Origin: Spirochaetia bacterium
GTDB taxonomy: Bacteria > Spirochaetota > Spirochaetia > SZUA-6 > Bin103
Assembly: GCA_965198005.1 (NCBI GenBank)
Contig: CBDAOI010000004.1
Span: 1,632,001 to 1,696,000, forward strand
DNA length: 64,000 bases
Reading direction: 5' to 3'
The translations under genes and the position numbers were made by a program. Each line of letters opens with the position of its first letter. The first letter of the stretch is position 1. The notes beneath the pieces are model-generated. The model ran no database searches and had not been told where the DNA came from. It saw only the letters and a program-made list of their open reading frames with translations. Positions 20,225-29,855 of the stretch are shown in pieces.

Positions 20225-22140
20225 GAGCGCCAGGCTAACTGGCATATGACAGAGGGTGAAAGTCCCTCGGAACGAAGGAGCAGCCAATCCACGTTTCTCC
20301 GCGAGCCGTGCGTTGGCACCTGCGAGGGTGCAGGCGAAGCGTCGGCAGCGGTGCGTGCGGGCAGAGTTATGGAGCGCCGCAAAATACGACATCTGGAGTG
20401 CCGAGACTCTGTACTCGGTCGAAGGCAACACCGGTCGAGCCAGTATGGTGAGGATCGACCGGGCTCCACGGCGTCGAAGAACTCAGGCACGTGCGTACGT
20501 CATATACCGGGACCTGGGAGGTCTTCGGGTCGTCCCGGCGAGTCGTCGCCGGGACCGCGGAGGGAAGGCGTGAGGCTGGACCAAAGATGAACGACCCGAA
20601 GGAGTCGGACATGGGCATAGTAGCGGCGAAGCCGGCGAACAAGGGAGCGCAAGCGACTGCGGAGACGGTGGAGCGAAGGCCCATGACCAACGGGAATTCG
20701 CAAGGTCAAAGCACGGGCCGGACGCAGAGTCGGGCAACCGTGACACAGGCGGCCGAGCGGATACGGCAATTCGTAAAGAGAGAACCGCAGGAGAAACTCA
20801 CTGCGCTGCTGCACCACGTGACGCCGGAAGCGCTGCGGGTGGCCTATTACGCGCTGAAGCGTGAAGCGGCCCCGGGGGTGGACGGGATGACGTGGCGGGA
20901 GTACGAGACGGGGTTGGAAGTGCGCTTGCACGACCTGCACCGGCGAGTACACACAGGAGCGTACCGAGCGACCCCGGTACGGCGGGTCAACATCGACAAG
21001 CCGGACGGAGGCACACGACCGCTGGGGGTGGCCGCGCTGGAGGACAAGATCGTCCAGAAGGCCGTGGTGGATGTGATCCTGACACCGATCTATGAGGAGG
21101 AATTTCTCGGGATCAGCTATGGGTTTCGACCGGGGCGCGGGGCACACGATGCGTTGGACGCACTGGCCTACGCCATCGAACGGCGCGAAGTGAACTGGAT
21201 ATTGGACGCGGACATTCGCGCCTACTTCGACACGATCTCGCGGGACTGGTTGATCAGATTCCTGGAGCATCGGATTGGAGATCGGCGGGTGCTGCGGCTG
21301 ATAAAGAAGTGGCTGCGCGCTGGGGTACTGGAAGAAGGCCGACAGATCGACGCGGGGCGGGGTACAGCGCAAGGGTCGGTGATTTCACCGATGCTCGCGA
21401 ATATATACTTGCACTACGTGTTGGACCTGTGGGTCACCAAGAAGTGGCGGCCGCAGGAGGCGCGCGGAGACATGATCATAGTGCGCTACGCAGATGACTA
21501 TGTCGCCGGGTTCGAGCATCGTGACGATGCGGAACGCTTCCTGCGGGAACTGAAGGAGCGATTCAGAGGCTTCGAGCTGGAACTGAACGCCGACAAGACC
21601 CGACTCCTCGAGTTTGGACGGTATGCCGAAAGGAACCGCCGAGCACGTGGGGAAGGGCGACCGGAGACGTTCGACTTTCTGGGTTTCACGCATTATTGCA
21701 GGAAGGACAGGAAAGGACGCTTCGGGCTGGGGCGGAAGCCAATTCGGAAGCGGATGAATCGTACGCTGAAGAGGATCAAGATCGAGCTCCGCAGACGAAT
21801 GCATGATGACGTGATGGAAACCGGGCGCTGGCTGGGACGGGTACTGCGCGGATGGCTCAACTACTACGCGGTACCCACCAGCTACCGCTATCTGCACCGA
21901 TTCGTGTGGCGTCTGCGAGGAATCTGGGTAAAGATTCTACGCCGGAGGTCCCAGAAGGACCGATTCTCCTGGGCTTGGATGCTGGCGATCAGCATCAAGC
22001 TGTGGCCCCAACCCCGAATCGTACACTCATGGCCGGACCGGCGATTTGCCGTCAACCACCGAAGGTAGGAGCCGGATGGTTTAACGACCACGTCCGGATC
22101 TGTGCGGGGGGCGCCGGGTAACCGGCGTTCCTACCGCGCC
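20225..22140 (+). mobile_element. Group II intron, full length, probably bacterial class E-like
   Basis: RT ORF; D5 GAGCCGGATG..CGTCCGGATC at about 22069; D6 ending CCTACCGCGCC; EBS1 GTACTC (20411-16) pairs with IBS1 GGGTAC (20219-24); boundaries agree with the empty-site homolog at 22560. Confidence 0.9.
20587..22068 (+). CDS. ltrA: Group II intron reverse transcriptase/maturase, no endonuclease domain
   Basis: AAPGVDG, RPLGVAALEDKIVQ, GTAQG..ISPMLANIYLH, VRYADD, FDFLGF, maturase GWLNYY. Confidence 0.93.
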   Translation: MNDPKESDMGIVAAKPANKGAQATAETVERRPMTNGNSQGQSTGRTQSRATVTQAAERIRQFVKREPQEKLTALLHHVTPEALRVAYYALKREAAPGVDGMTWREYETGLEVRLHDLHRRVHTGAYRATPVRRVNIDKPDGGTRPLGVAALEDKIVQKAVVDVILTPIYEEEFLGISYGFRPGRGAHDALDALAYAIERREVNWILDADIRAYFDTISRDWLIRFLEHRIGDRRVLRLIKKWLRAGVLEEGRQIDAGRGTAQGSVISPMLANIYLHYVLDLWVTKKWRPQEARGDMIIVRYADDYVAGFEHRDDAERFLRELKERFRGFELELNADKTRLLEFGRYAERNRRARGEGRPETFDFLGFTHYCRKDRKGRFGLGRKPIRKRMNRTLKRIKIELRRRMHDDVMETGRWLGRVLRGWLNYYAVPTSYRYLHRFVWRLRGIWVKILRRRSQKDRFSWAWMLAISIKLWPQPRIVHSWPDRRFAVNHRR

Positions 22141-22405
22141 CCCCTGCAACACCCGTCAACGCCGATTCCCGGCACCGCTGGCTCCGTATTGACCGCGCCG
22201 CCACCGCCCGCAGCCCAGCCTGGTCGGGTCGCAGCCACCTCCAGGACCAGCTACTAGCGACGGCAGACCTCCTCGAGCGTCAAGCCGCCGCTCCGTCAGT
22301 CGCCGCGCGCGCGGGGAATTGGGCCGTTGCTGCGGCCGTCGCGGCGCTCCGGAGGTGCAACCGCGAGCCGCTCGTCGGTTGAGTTCGAGGCTGCTCGGAC
22401 AGGAG

Positions 22406-22648
22406 CGGCAGCACGAGCGCCGCCGCGGCGACGATCTCGGCACTCGGACCCGTTCAGGGCCGGCATTCACGGCCGATTGGCCGGCAGCGGGCCGCTCGGC
22501 GTCCGAGTCGGCCTCATAGCGGCCCCCTGACGGCCTTCCAAACCCAGGGAGATACCCCAGGGTACCCCCAGAATCCCGCAAAGTGCCCGTCAAAGCCGTT
22601 TCCCACCACCGCTGACACCGCTGACACGCCGCGCGGTCCGCCACCCCG
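22406..22648 (+). repeat. Diverged, intron-free second copy of the intron target region (20066-20224 + 22141-22205)
   Basis: Shared blocks GTCGGCCTCAYAGCGGCCC, GGGTAC^CCCC, CCCGTCAAMGCCGWTTCCC, CACCGCTG. Confidence 0.75.
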
Positions 22649-22745
22649 GCTCCCGTGTGCCACCTCGAACATCAATCCGAGACCGGCACTGATCAGCGCT
22701 TGCAGGTCAGGAACGACGTGAGGTGCGGGCTGCAGAGCCCCCCCC

Positions 22746-23014
22746 AGTCGCGCCCAAACCCGCGCGGCGGCTCGACGCTCTCCAGTTCGGCAAGATCAAG
22801 CCCGCACATCGCCTCCAGCCGCTGTGCGAGCGCGGACTCCTGGAGACTGTCGGGCAAGTGGTCGAGCCACGCTTGATACTCACCCTGGAGGTCGAGCAGG
22901 GTGCCTACCGCATCCTGCCAGCGCTGCGGTCGGGACCTGCGGTCTTGCGGCCTGCGGTACTGCACCCGGGGCTGCGCTGCCTTGCGGCGCTCTCGATAGC
23001 GCCGTTGTCGTTCC
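22746..23014 (-). pseudogene. Truncated small conserved hypothetical protein of mobile elements (RSRPQRW...PPRGFGRD)
   Basis: Recognisable ERQRRYR..RRSRPQRWQDAV..YQAWLDHLP..PPRGFGRD sequence, fused to an IS110 tail. Confidence 0.55.
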
Positions 23015-23232
23015 GTGCGGTCACGCAGCATCGCGCACGCCACCGCGAGCAACCGGTCCGCGACCGTACGCAGCGCCCGGCCATGGCGCTGCCCGCGCGC
23101 GCGTAGCGCCGCATACCGCTCCCGACTCACCGGATCGTGCTGGATCGCCACCCGCGCCCAGTGATACATCGCGTTGCTCAGCCGCTGGTTGCAGGCACGG
23201 CGCATGCTCACCTGGCAACTCTTCCCCTGCGA
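23015..23232 (-). mobile_element. IS110-family transposase C-terminal remnant
   Basis: GKS..MRRACNQRLSNAMYHWARVA..YAALRARG..ALRTVADRLLAVACAMLRDRT. Confidence 0.7.
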
Positions 23233-23446
23233 TTGATCAGCCCGTTGCGTTCCTCCTGCAACTCGGCAGTCCGGCGCGACCATTCCCGCAACTCGATCAC
23301 CGGCGGTGCCTGCACCTGCAACTGACGAAAGCTGCTGATAAGAAATCAGCCAGCCCGGCAGGTATCTTTGGCTCACTTACTCGTGATGGCAGGCCCAGCT
23401 TGCGGGTCAGGGGAGTACCGGAGTAGCCATGAGCCGCAGTATATCA

Positions 23447-23475
23447 TTGACAATCGTATGTCCCGCTTGTATAGT
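23447..23475 (+). promoter_or_regulatory. Sigma70 promoter TTGACA-N17-TATAGT
   Basis: Near-consensus hexamers and spacing; GTG follows 7 nt downstream. Confidence 0.75.
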
Positions 23476-23482
23476 CGATGGC

Positions 23483-23878
23483 GTGGAGTGGTGGGGTCCG
23501 GTCACCGCAATATCGGGTGCGGCAGTCGCGGTAGTGGCGATCGCGGCCGCGATCACCAGACCATTCAAGAGCATCCGGGATGAAGCTCGGCAGGCCCATG
23601 CCCTGATCGGGGAGAACATCAATGCCGTGCGCACCGACCTGGGCGCCAAGATCGACGGCGTGCGCGCCGAACTGCATGCCGACATCAAGGCGGTAGATGC
23701 CAAGGTCGACGGCGTGCGCACCGACCTCACCGCCAAGATCGACGGCGTGCGCACCGACCTGACCGACTTGGCCAAAGACGTGGGAGAGCTCAAGGTCCAG
23801 ATCGGCCGGATCGACGAACGCACCAGAGCATCGACCGAACAGACGAACGCTCCACTCCCGTCACCCCCACAGCATTAG
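23483..23878 (+). CDS. Small membrane-anchored coiled-coil repeat protein
   Basis: N-terminal hydrophobic helix followed by AKIDGVRTDL-type repeats. Confidence 0.7.
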   Translation: MEWWGPVTAISGAAVAVVAIAAAITRPFKSIRDEARQAHALIGENINAVRTDLGAKIDGVRAELHADIKAVDAKVDGVRTDLTAKIDGVRTDLTDLAKDVGELKVQIGRIDERTRASTEQTNAPLPSPPQH

Positions 23879-23899
23879 TGCACAGGCGGATGAAGTGGG

Positions 23900-24300
23900 C
23901 TACGCGACGCCTTCCCGCGGCTTGTCGGGCGGCTGGTTGCGGCTGCTCCAGAACAGCCCCTCGATGATTCCCTCGACCTTCGACAGCCGGTCCCCGATGT
24001 TGACGACGCGTGCGGTGAGTTCCTTGAAGCCGGCCTGCATCTCTGCCCGCAGCCGGCCGTCGCCGGCCCTTATTTCGTCCCGCAACGCGCTCTCGACGCC
24101 CTTTATTTCGTCCCGCAACGCGCTCTCGACGCCCTTTATTTCGTCCCGCAACGTGCTCTCGACGCCCTTTATTTCGTCCCGCAACGCGCCTCACTGGCCC
24201 GCAACTCGCGCAACTCGTGACGGATGCCGCGATTGGACGCCAACGTCACGGTGCCGAGGGCGATTGTCGCTGCGATGATCCCTATCAGCTCCAGGCTCAT
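23900..24300 (-). pseudogene. Frameshifted membrane-anchored coiled-coil protein with 11-aa repeats
   Basis: GGAGAGG SD + MSLELIGIIAATIALG; 1-nt deletion near 24190 shifts the frame out of the LRDEIKGVESA repeats. Confidence 0.7.
24068..24189. repeat. 33-bp tandem repeat, about 3.6 copies
   Basis: TTATTTCGTCCCGCAACG recurs at 24070, 24103, 24136 and 24169. Confidence 0.95.
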
Positions 24301-24548
24301 GTACACCTCTCCGGCGCTCCGCTCCCTGCCCGGCAGTCTACCGCTTGGCGGCCACGGTGTCACCTTGGCTGCGGCCCCACGCCTCCTCGCCACGCCGAAG
24401 TCGCGCACGACGGACATCCGCCGCGGGGAGCTGAAGCGACCTGCTTACCGAATATCTGTTACAACGGGCGCGTGTCGTTGCTGCTTCAACGCCACTCTCG
24501 CTGCCTGCCTGCGGCGCTGCTCGACCCTGGGGCACCGCAGCGCGTGGC

Positions 24549-24640
24549 TCAGGGACACCACCGGGATGAGGGCATTCTTGACGGCGTGCCGGATCACCAC
24601 GGCCCGCTCCTTCAGCCCCTTGGACCAGGCGGTGCGGATA
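24549..24640 (-). pseudogene. ABC permease internal fragment
   Basis: IRTAWSKGLKERAVVIRHAVKNALIPVVSL, near-identical to 16472-16563. Confidence 0.85.
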
Positions 24641-24659
24641 GGGCGTGGCTTCAATGAGT

Positions 24660-24700
24660 AAGGGAGCTGGGAAGTCTGAGCCTCCCAGCTCCCTTTTTTT
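24660..24700 (+). terminator. Rho-independent terminator-like hairpin
   Basis: AAGGGAGCTGGGA/TCCCAGCTCCCTT stem ending in a T7 run. Confidence 0.7.
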
Positions 24701-24731
24701 GGCCTGAGGCCAGGCACAACGGGTGCAACCC

Positions 24732-24908
24732 CTAATGCCCCATTTCTTCCTTCAGCTCAGAATCAACCCAGAGGCGGGTGAAGACCGTATTGTATTGACC
24801 GCGTCCCAACGCCAATTCACCGTTAAAACTCTTGACCCACGGCTGGACGGCCACATACTGTGGGGCCGCACCACCCCATATCTGCCAGAACTGCTCTATC
24901 GCATACGA
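24732..24908 (-). pseudogene. C-terminal remnant of another family-5 SBP
   Basis: Manual translation YAIEQFWQIWGGAAPQYVAVQPWVKSFNGELALGRGQYNTVFTRLWVDSELKEEMGH*. Confidence 0.85.
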
Positions 24909-25132
24909 GGCGATCAGCCGGAGCGGTTAGTTGTTTCTCGGTTCGAAAAGTGTGTGTGTGTGGGGGGGGGGGACGATAGGATGCACCGGCTGCGTCACTG
25001 CCAACCGGCCACTGCGCTGACTGTCATCATGGCACCCTCCCGGTGCACCCGAGCACGCCCGCCGCACCCCGGCGCTTCGGCGAGCGCGCACGCCTTGCGC
25101 GGCGGACGAGCGTTTCCGTATGATGCGCGGCG

Positions 25133-25930
25133 ATGGAGTTGGGAGTCTACGGCCTGGGCCGCTTCGGGACGTTCTGGGCCGCGGAGCTGGCCCGACACTT
25201 CACGGTATGCGCCTACTCGCGCCGCGCCCATCACGCTCCGGCCGGCGTGCGGATAGTGTCCGAGGACGAGTTGCTGCAGTGCCCGGTGGTCGTGCTGTGC
25301 GTGGCCATCTCGGCCATGGAGGAGGTAGCCGAACGCATCCGCCCGCGCCTCGGGGCCGACACACTGGTGATGGACACGTGCTCGATCAAGGGGTTCCCGG
25401 CGCGCGTCATGACGGAACGGTTGCCCGCGGCGACGCGCATTCTGGCCACCCATCCGCTGTTCGGCCCCGACTCGGCCCGCGCCGGCGTAGCCGGGCAGCC
25501 GATGATCCTCTGCCCGGTGCGGTTGAGCGCCGCCGAAGTGGGGGAGTGGCAGGGCCGGTTCCGGGCCATGGGGCTGCGCGTCATCACCATGACCCCGGAG
25601 CAGCACGACCGGGAGGCGGCGTTCACGCAGGGCGTGACCCACTACCTCGGCCGCGTGCTGGCCGAGATGGGGTTGCGCGATTCCCCGATCTCGACCGTCG
25701 GCTATCAGCAGCTCCGCACCATCGTGGAGCAGACCTGCAACGACTCGCTGCAGCTCTTCCTCGACCTCCAACGGTACAATCCCTACACGCGGGCGATGCG
25801 CGACCGCCTCGAGCGGGCGCTGGGCACCGTCAAGGCCCGGCTCGACGCGCCGGCTCCCGGCGAACCGTCGACCGGGCGGCCCGTTCGTCCGGATCGTCCG
25901 GGCGCGTCCGGTCAGTCCGGTCAGGCTTGA
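25133..25930 (+). CDS. tyrA: Prephenate/arogenate dehydrogenase
   Basis: GLGRFG, DTCSIK, THPLFGP, PEQHDREAAFTQG. Confidence 0.88.
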   Translation: MELGVYGLGRFGTFWAAELARHFTVCAYSRRAHHAPAGVRIVSEDELLQCPVVVLCVAISAMEEVAERIRPRLGADTLVMDTCSIKGFPARVMTERLPAATRILATHPLFGPDSARAGVAGQPMILCPVRLSAAEVGEWQGRFRAMGLRVITMTPEQHDREAAFTQGVTHYLGRVLAEMGLRDSPISTVGYQQLRTIVEQTCNDSLQLFLDLQRYNPYTRAMRDRLERALGTVKARLDAPAPGEPSTGRPVRPDRPGASGQSGQA

Positions 25931-26001
25931 GCGGCTTGATCAGTGACGATTGCATGCCATACGCTGTAGGCGCGCCGTCCGGAGCGCGCACGCCGATGTT
26001 C

Positions 26002-26074
26002 GGGCCGCTAGCTCAGTAGGTAGAGCAACAGCCTTTTAAGCTGTGGGTGCGGGGTTCGATCCCCCGGCGGCTCA
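26002..26074 (+). tRNA. tRNA-Lys (TTT)
   Basis: GGGCCGC/GCGGCTC acceptor stem, AGCTCAG D-arm, ACAGC-CT TTT AA-GCTGT, GGTTCGATCCC. Confidence 0.95.
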
Positions 26075-26144
26075 TTCCGATAGCCATGATGCGAAGCAGT
26101 ACAGGGTCGCGACACGACCAGGCGCCGCCGCGAGGGGGCAGCGG

Positions 26145-27458
26145 ATGATGCGCGCCGGCTATACCCGAGCGGAGCGCGCTTGGGTGCTGTACGACATCGG
26201 CAACTCCGCGTACGTGCTGGCGGTCGTGACCGCGATCTTTCCGCTGTTCTTCAAGAACGTGGTCGCCGCGGACGTCCCCGACGCCGATTCGACCGCCTGG
26301 CTGGCCTACGCCAGCAGCCTGTACACCCTGGTGGTGGCCGTGCTGGCCGCCGTGCTGGGTCCGCTGGCCGACTACGAAGGGCGCAAGAAACGGTTCTTTG
26401 CGCTGTTCTTCGGTATCGGCGTGGTCACCACCGGCGTGCTGGCGTTTGCCGCCGAGGGGCGGGCCGCGGTGACGCTCGCGGTCTACGTCCTGTCCTCGAT
26501 CGGCTTTGCCGGCGCCAACGTGTTCTACGACTCCTTTCTGACCGACGTCACGTCACCGGAACGGATGGATCGGTTGTCCAGCAGCGGCTACGCCTGGGGC
26601 TACATCGGCAGCACGGTGCCGTTCGTGGTGGCCATGGCGGTGGTGGTGGGGGGGCCGGAGCTCGGCGTGCTGGCGACCACGGTCTCGGTGCGCATCGCGT
26701 TTCTGATTACCGCCGTATGGTGGGTGGCGTTCACCGTGCCGCTGCTGCGCCGAGTACGGCAGACGCAGTTCATCCCGCGGGTAGAGTCTCCGCTGCGCCA
26801 CAGCTTCGCGCGCGTGGCGGAGCTGGTGCGCGAGCGCCGGCAGTACCGCACGGTGCTGCTGTTTCTGGCGGCCTATTTCTTCTACATCGATGGCGTGGGC
26901 ACGGTGATCAAGCTGGCCACGGCGTACGGCACCGACCTGGGTCTGTCCGCCAATACGCTGCTGCTGATGCTGCTGGTGGTGCAGGTGGTGGCGTTTCCGT
27001 GCGCCCTGATCTACGGACACCTGGCGCGGACGCACGTGTTGTCCGTCCGTACCCTGCTGCTGGTCGGGGTCGGCGTGTACGTACTGGTGACGGTGCTGGC
27101 GTTCGCTATTCCGCGGCTGCCGGTGCCGGCGCAGGTGCCGCTGTTCTGGGTGATCTCGATGCTGGTGGCCAGCTCGCAGGGGGGCATCCAGGCGCTCTCC
27201 CGCTCCTACTTCGGCCAGTTGATCCCGGCCGCCGCGTCGGCCGAGTTCTTCGGGTTCTACAACATGTTCGGCAAGTTCGCGGCCATCCTGGGGCCGCTGC
27301 TGGTGGGGCTGTTCGCCCAGCTCACCGGCGATTCGAGCATCGGCGTGCTCAGCATCGCCGTGCTGTTCGTGGTCGGCGGCGTGCTGCTGCTGCGGGTGCC
27401 GCGGCAGCCGAGCGCGGCCGTAGCCGAATACTCGCCACCGCCCGCGCCGGCCGGTTAG
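26145..27458 (+). CDS. MFS transporter (UMF1/Atg22-like)
   Basis: WVLYDIGNSAY, NVFYDSFL, GGIQALSRS, EFFGFY. Confidence 0.88.
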   Translation: MMRAGYTRAERAWVLYDIGNSAYVLAVVTAIFPLFFKNVVAADVPDADSTAWLAYASSLYTLVVAVLAAVLGPLADYEGRKKRFFALFFGIGVVTTGVLAFAAEGRAAVTLAVYVLSSIGFAGANVFYDSFLTDVTSPERMDRLSSSGYAWGYIGSTVPFVVAMAVVVGGPELGVLATTVSVRIAFLITAVWWVAFTVPLLRRVRQTQFIPRVESPLRHSFARVAELVRERRQYRTVLLFLAAYFFYIDGVGTVIKLATAYGTDLGLSANTLLLMLLVVQVVAFPCALIYGHLARTHVLSVRTLLLVGVGVYVLVTVLAFAIPRLPVPAQVPLFWVISMLVASSQGGIQALSRSYFGQLIPAAASAEFFGFYNMFGKFAAILGPLLVGLFAQLTGDSSIGVLSIAVLFVVGGVLLLRVPRQPSAAVAEYSPPPAPAG

Positions 27459-27464
27459 ATCAGG

Positions 27465-28643
27465 TCAACCGCGGGCGAGCACGGGGGGCGCCAGATCCCC
27501 GATTGAGCCGCCGAGATCACCATCGTCGGCAGTCCGCTCGCGGGTGGCCGGCCGGGCCGGTGCCGGCACCGGGGTGTCGTACTGGTAGCCGGGCTCGACC
27601 TGCTGCCGCTTCCAGGTGGCGCGCATCTCGCGCCAAGCGCCGAGCACGCTCTTCGCCTCCGGCAGGTCGCCGGCGATCGCGGTGCGCAGCTTGCGCAGGT
27701 TGTAGCACGGCACGCCGGCGTACATGTGGTGCTCCATGTGGTAGTTCATGCGCCAGTACATGAGCGACGAGACCGGGTCCAGCTTGATGGTGCGCGTGCA
27801 CTTGCGGAAGTCGGCCACGTTGTCGCGCAGGCCGCAGTGCATCGGCAGAAACACCAGACAGCGCCACCAGTTGGCGATGAACCGGGAGAGGGTGATGAAC
27901 ACCGGCAGCAGCCAAAGCTGGAGCAGGATGGCCGCGCCGATGACCGCGGCGTGGAACAGCAGAATCTTGCGCGCCCAGCGCACCGCCTTGATCCGCTCCT
28001 CGGGGTGGGCCGCGTACAGCGCCGCCAGCCACTCCCGCGTGCGCGGGGCGAGCGGCTCGGTCTCGCCGAGGGAGTCCGGGCCCAGCGGCCGGCCAAGCGC
28101 GGTTTGCACCGTGTCCCGGACCCGGGCGATCACCCCGTCGCACGCCGGCGCGCCGAACAGGTTGAAGGTAAACAGTTGCACCACGATCAGGGCCCGCAGC
28201 GCAGCCGACTGCGGCAGCACCACCTCCCGGTCACCGTCCGGATGCAGCGTGTAGCGATGGTGATAGGTGTGGCTGAGCGCGTAGTCGTCCGGGTTGAACC
28301 AGGTTATGAGCGAGAACAGGCGCAGAAAGAAGCGATTGAGCGCCTTGGTCTTGAACACCGTACCGTGGTCCAGCTCGTGCGACGCCGCCCCCAGGAAGCT
28401 GGCGAAGGTGCCGTACGCGAACAGCGCCACGGCGAAGGCCAGCCACTGCTGGCGGGCGAACAACCAGGCGGTGACCAGGGCCATCCCGACCAGGCACGCA
28501 CCTACCCCCAACGTCTGCAGCCAACCCTGCAGGTCGCTGCGCTGCATGAGCCGGCGCAGCAGCGCCGGCTCGATCGGACTGCGGTACCACTTTACGCGCA
28601 GCGAACGGCGGACGTCGGCCAGCGGTGGACGTGGGTTCGACAT
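27465..28643 (-). CDS. Fatty acid desaturase family protein
   Basis: His boxes HELDH, HTYHH, HMEHH. Confidence 0.85.
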   Translation of the reverse strand: MSNPRPPLADVRRSLRVKWYRSPIEPALLRRLMQRSDLQGWLQTLGVGACLVGMALVTAWLFARQQWLAFAVALFAYGTFASFLGAASHELDHGTVFKTKALNRFFLRLFSLITWFNPDDYALSHTYHHRYTLHPDGDREVVLPQSAALRALIVVQLFTFNLFGAPACDGVIARVRDTVQTALGRPLGPDSLGETEPLAPRTREWLAALYAAHPEERIKAVRWARKILLFHAAVIGAAILLQLWLLPVFITLSRFIANWWRCLVFLPMHCGLRDNVADFRKCTRTIKLDPVSSLMYWRMNYHMEHHMYAGVPCYNLRKLRTAIAGDLPEAKSVLGAWREMRATWKRQQVEPGYQYDTPVPAPARPATRERTADDGDLGGSIGDLAPPVLARG

Positions 28644-28760
28644 GGCACGAAACTGGTTGGATCGCGCGTGCGAGTCAAGGAGAATTTCCGCCGAGTCCGG
28701 CGGGCCCGGCGGGACCACATCTCTTGACTTCGTCCGGGCGCTGTGTTTATTTCAGCGGCC

Positions 28761-29807
28761 ATGGCCCACACGGTTGTAGTGGATGACGGCACGACCTCGC
28801 GCGACGCCAAGGGCGAATGGGTGCCGGCGCGGATGCGCGCGGCGCCGGGCCGCGGGACGAAGGCGTTGCTCCTGCGCCAGATCAGGACCGTGTTCGGTTT
28901 CCCCGGCCTGCTCTGGCCGTGGCCGGCGATGTACGCCGGCCTTGCCCTGATCACTTGGCTGTACCTCCAGCCGGGCGCCGCGGTGCTCGGATTCAACGAT
29001 CTGAGCCGGTTCGAGCTGCGCTTCGACTGGCTGCTGCTGATGTACGCGCGCAACGTCGCGCTCGCGATCCTGATCTACGGCGGGTGGCACCTGCCGCTCT
29101 ATTGGCAGCGCATTCAGGGGACGCGGTTCAAGTACAACAGGCGGTGGCTGACCAGGAACAGCAAGGCGTTCCTGTTCCGCAACCAGCTCTGGGACAACCT
29201 GTTCTGGACCCTGGTCAGCGGAGTCGGCATCTGGACCATATACGAGGCGCTGATGCTGTGGGCGTACGCGGAAGGCTGGCTGGCGATCATGGAGTTCCGC
29301 AACAACCCGATCTGGTTCGTGGCGTTGTTCCCGGTGATCACCATCTGGAACGACTTCCACTTCTACTTCGTGCATCGCCTGCTGCACTGGAAGCCGCTGT
29401 ATCGCGCGGCGCACTATCTGCATCACCGCAACGTCAACGTCGGACCGTGGTCAGGCTTGGCGATGCATCCGCTGGAGCACGTCATCTACCTGACGCGCTG
29501 GTTGATTCTGTTGGTGGTTCCCTCCCATCCGCTGCACATGATCTACGTGATGCACTGGGCGGCGCTCGGGGCTGCGCCCGGGCATACCGGCTTCGAGGAG
29601 ATGGTGGTGCACAAGAAGGGCGACGTCCGCATGCCGGTCAAGTCGTTCAACCACTACCTCCATCACCGCTACTTCGAGTGCAACTACAGCGGCGGGCCGC
29701 TCCCGCTCGACCGCCTGTTCGGGACGTTCCACGACGGCAGCCCGGAGGCGCACGCGCGCATGCGGGCCAAACGGAAAATGCCGCGGGAGGCCGCGCAGCA
29801 CCCCTGA
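28761..29807 (+). CDS. Sterol desaturase / fatty acid hydroxylase family protein
   Basis: HRLLH, HYLHH, HPLEH, HYLHH His boxes, LDRLFGT. Confidence 0.87.
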   Translation: MAHTVVVDDGTTSRDAKGEWVPARMRAAPGRGTKALLLRQIRTVFGFPGLLWPWPAMYAGLALITWLYLQPGAAVLGFNDLSRFELRFDWLLLMYARNVALAILIYGGWHLPLYWQRIQGTRFKYNRRWLTRNSKAFLFRNQLWDNLFWTLVSGVGIWTIYEALMLWAYAEGWLAIMEFRNNPIWFVALFPVITIWNDFHFYFVHRLLHWKPLYRAAHYLHHRNVNVGPWSGLAMHPLEHVIYLTRWLILLVVPSHPLHMIYVMHWAALGAAPGHTGFEEMVVHKKGDVRMPVKSFNHYLHHRYFECNYSGGPLPLDRLFGTFHDGSPEAHARMRAKRKMPREAAQHP

Positions 29808-29855
29808 GACGGGCCGAGGTTCAGTGCGAATCCAGCTCGGCGGCGGAGCCCGCCC

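Noticed and set aside
20587-22068. RT as a DGR, retron or CRISPR-associated RT
   Set aside because: It has a maturase domain, D5/D6 RNA and EBS1-IBS1 pairing, so it is a group II intron RT
22693-23376. 227-aa ORF as a real fusion protein or active IS110/bridge-RNA element
   Set aside because: Only the transposase C-terminal tail remains, joined to a truncated gene; no catalytic N-terminal domain
24068-24189. 33-bp repeats as a CRISPR array
   Set aside because: Head-to-tail with no unique spacers, in-frame coding repeats, and no cas genes
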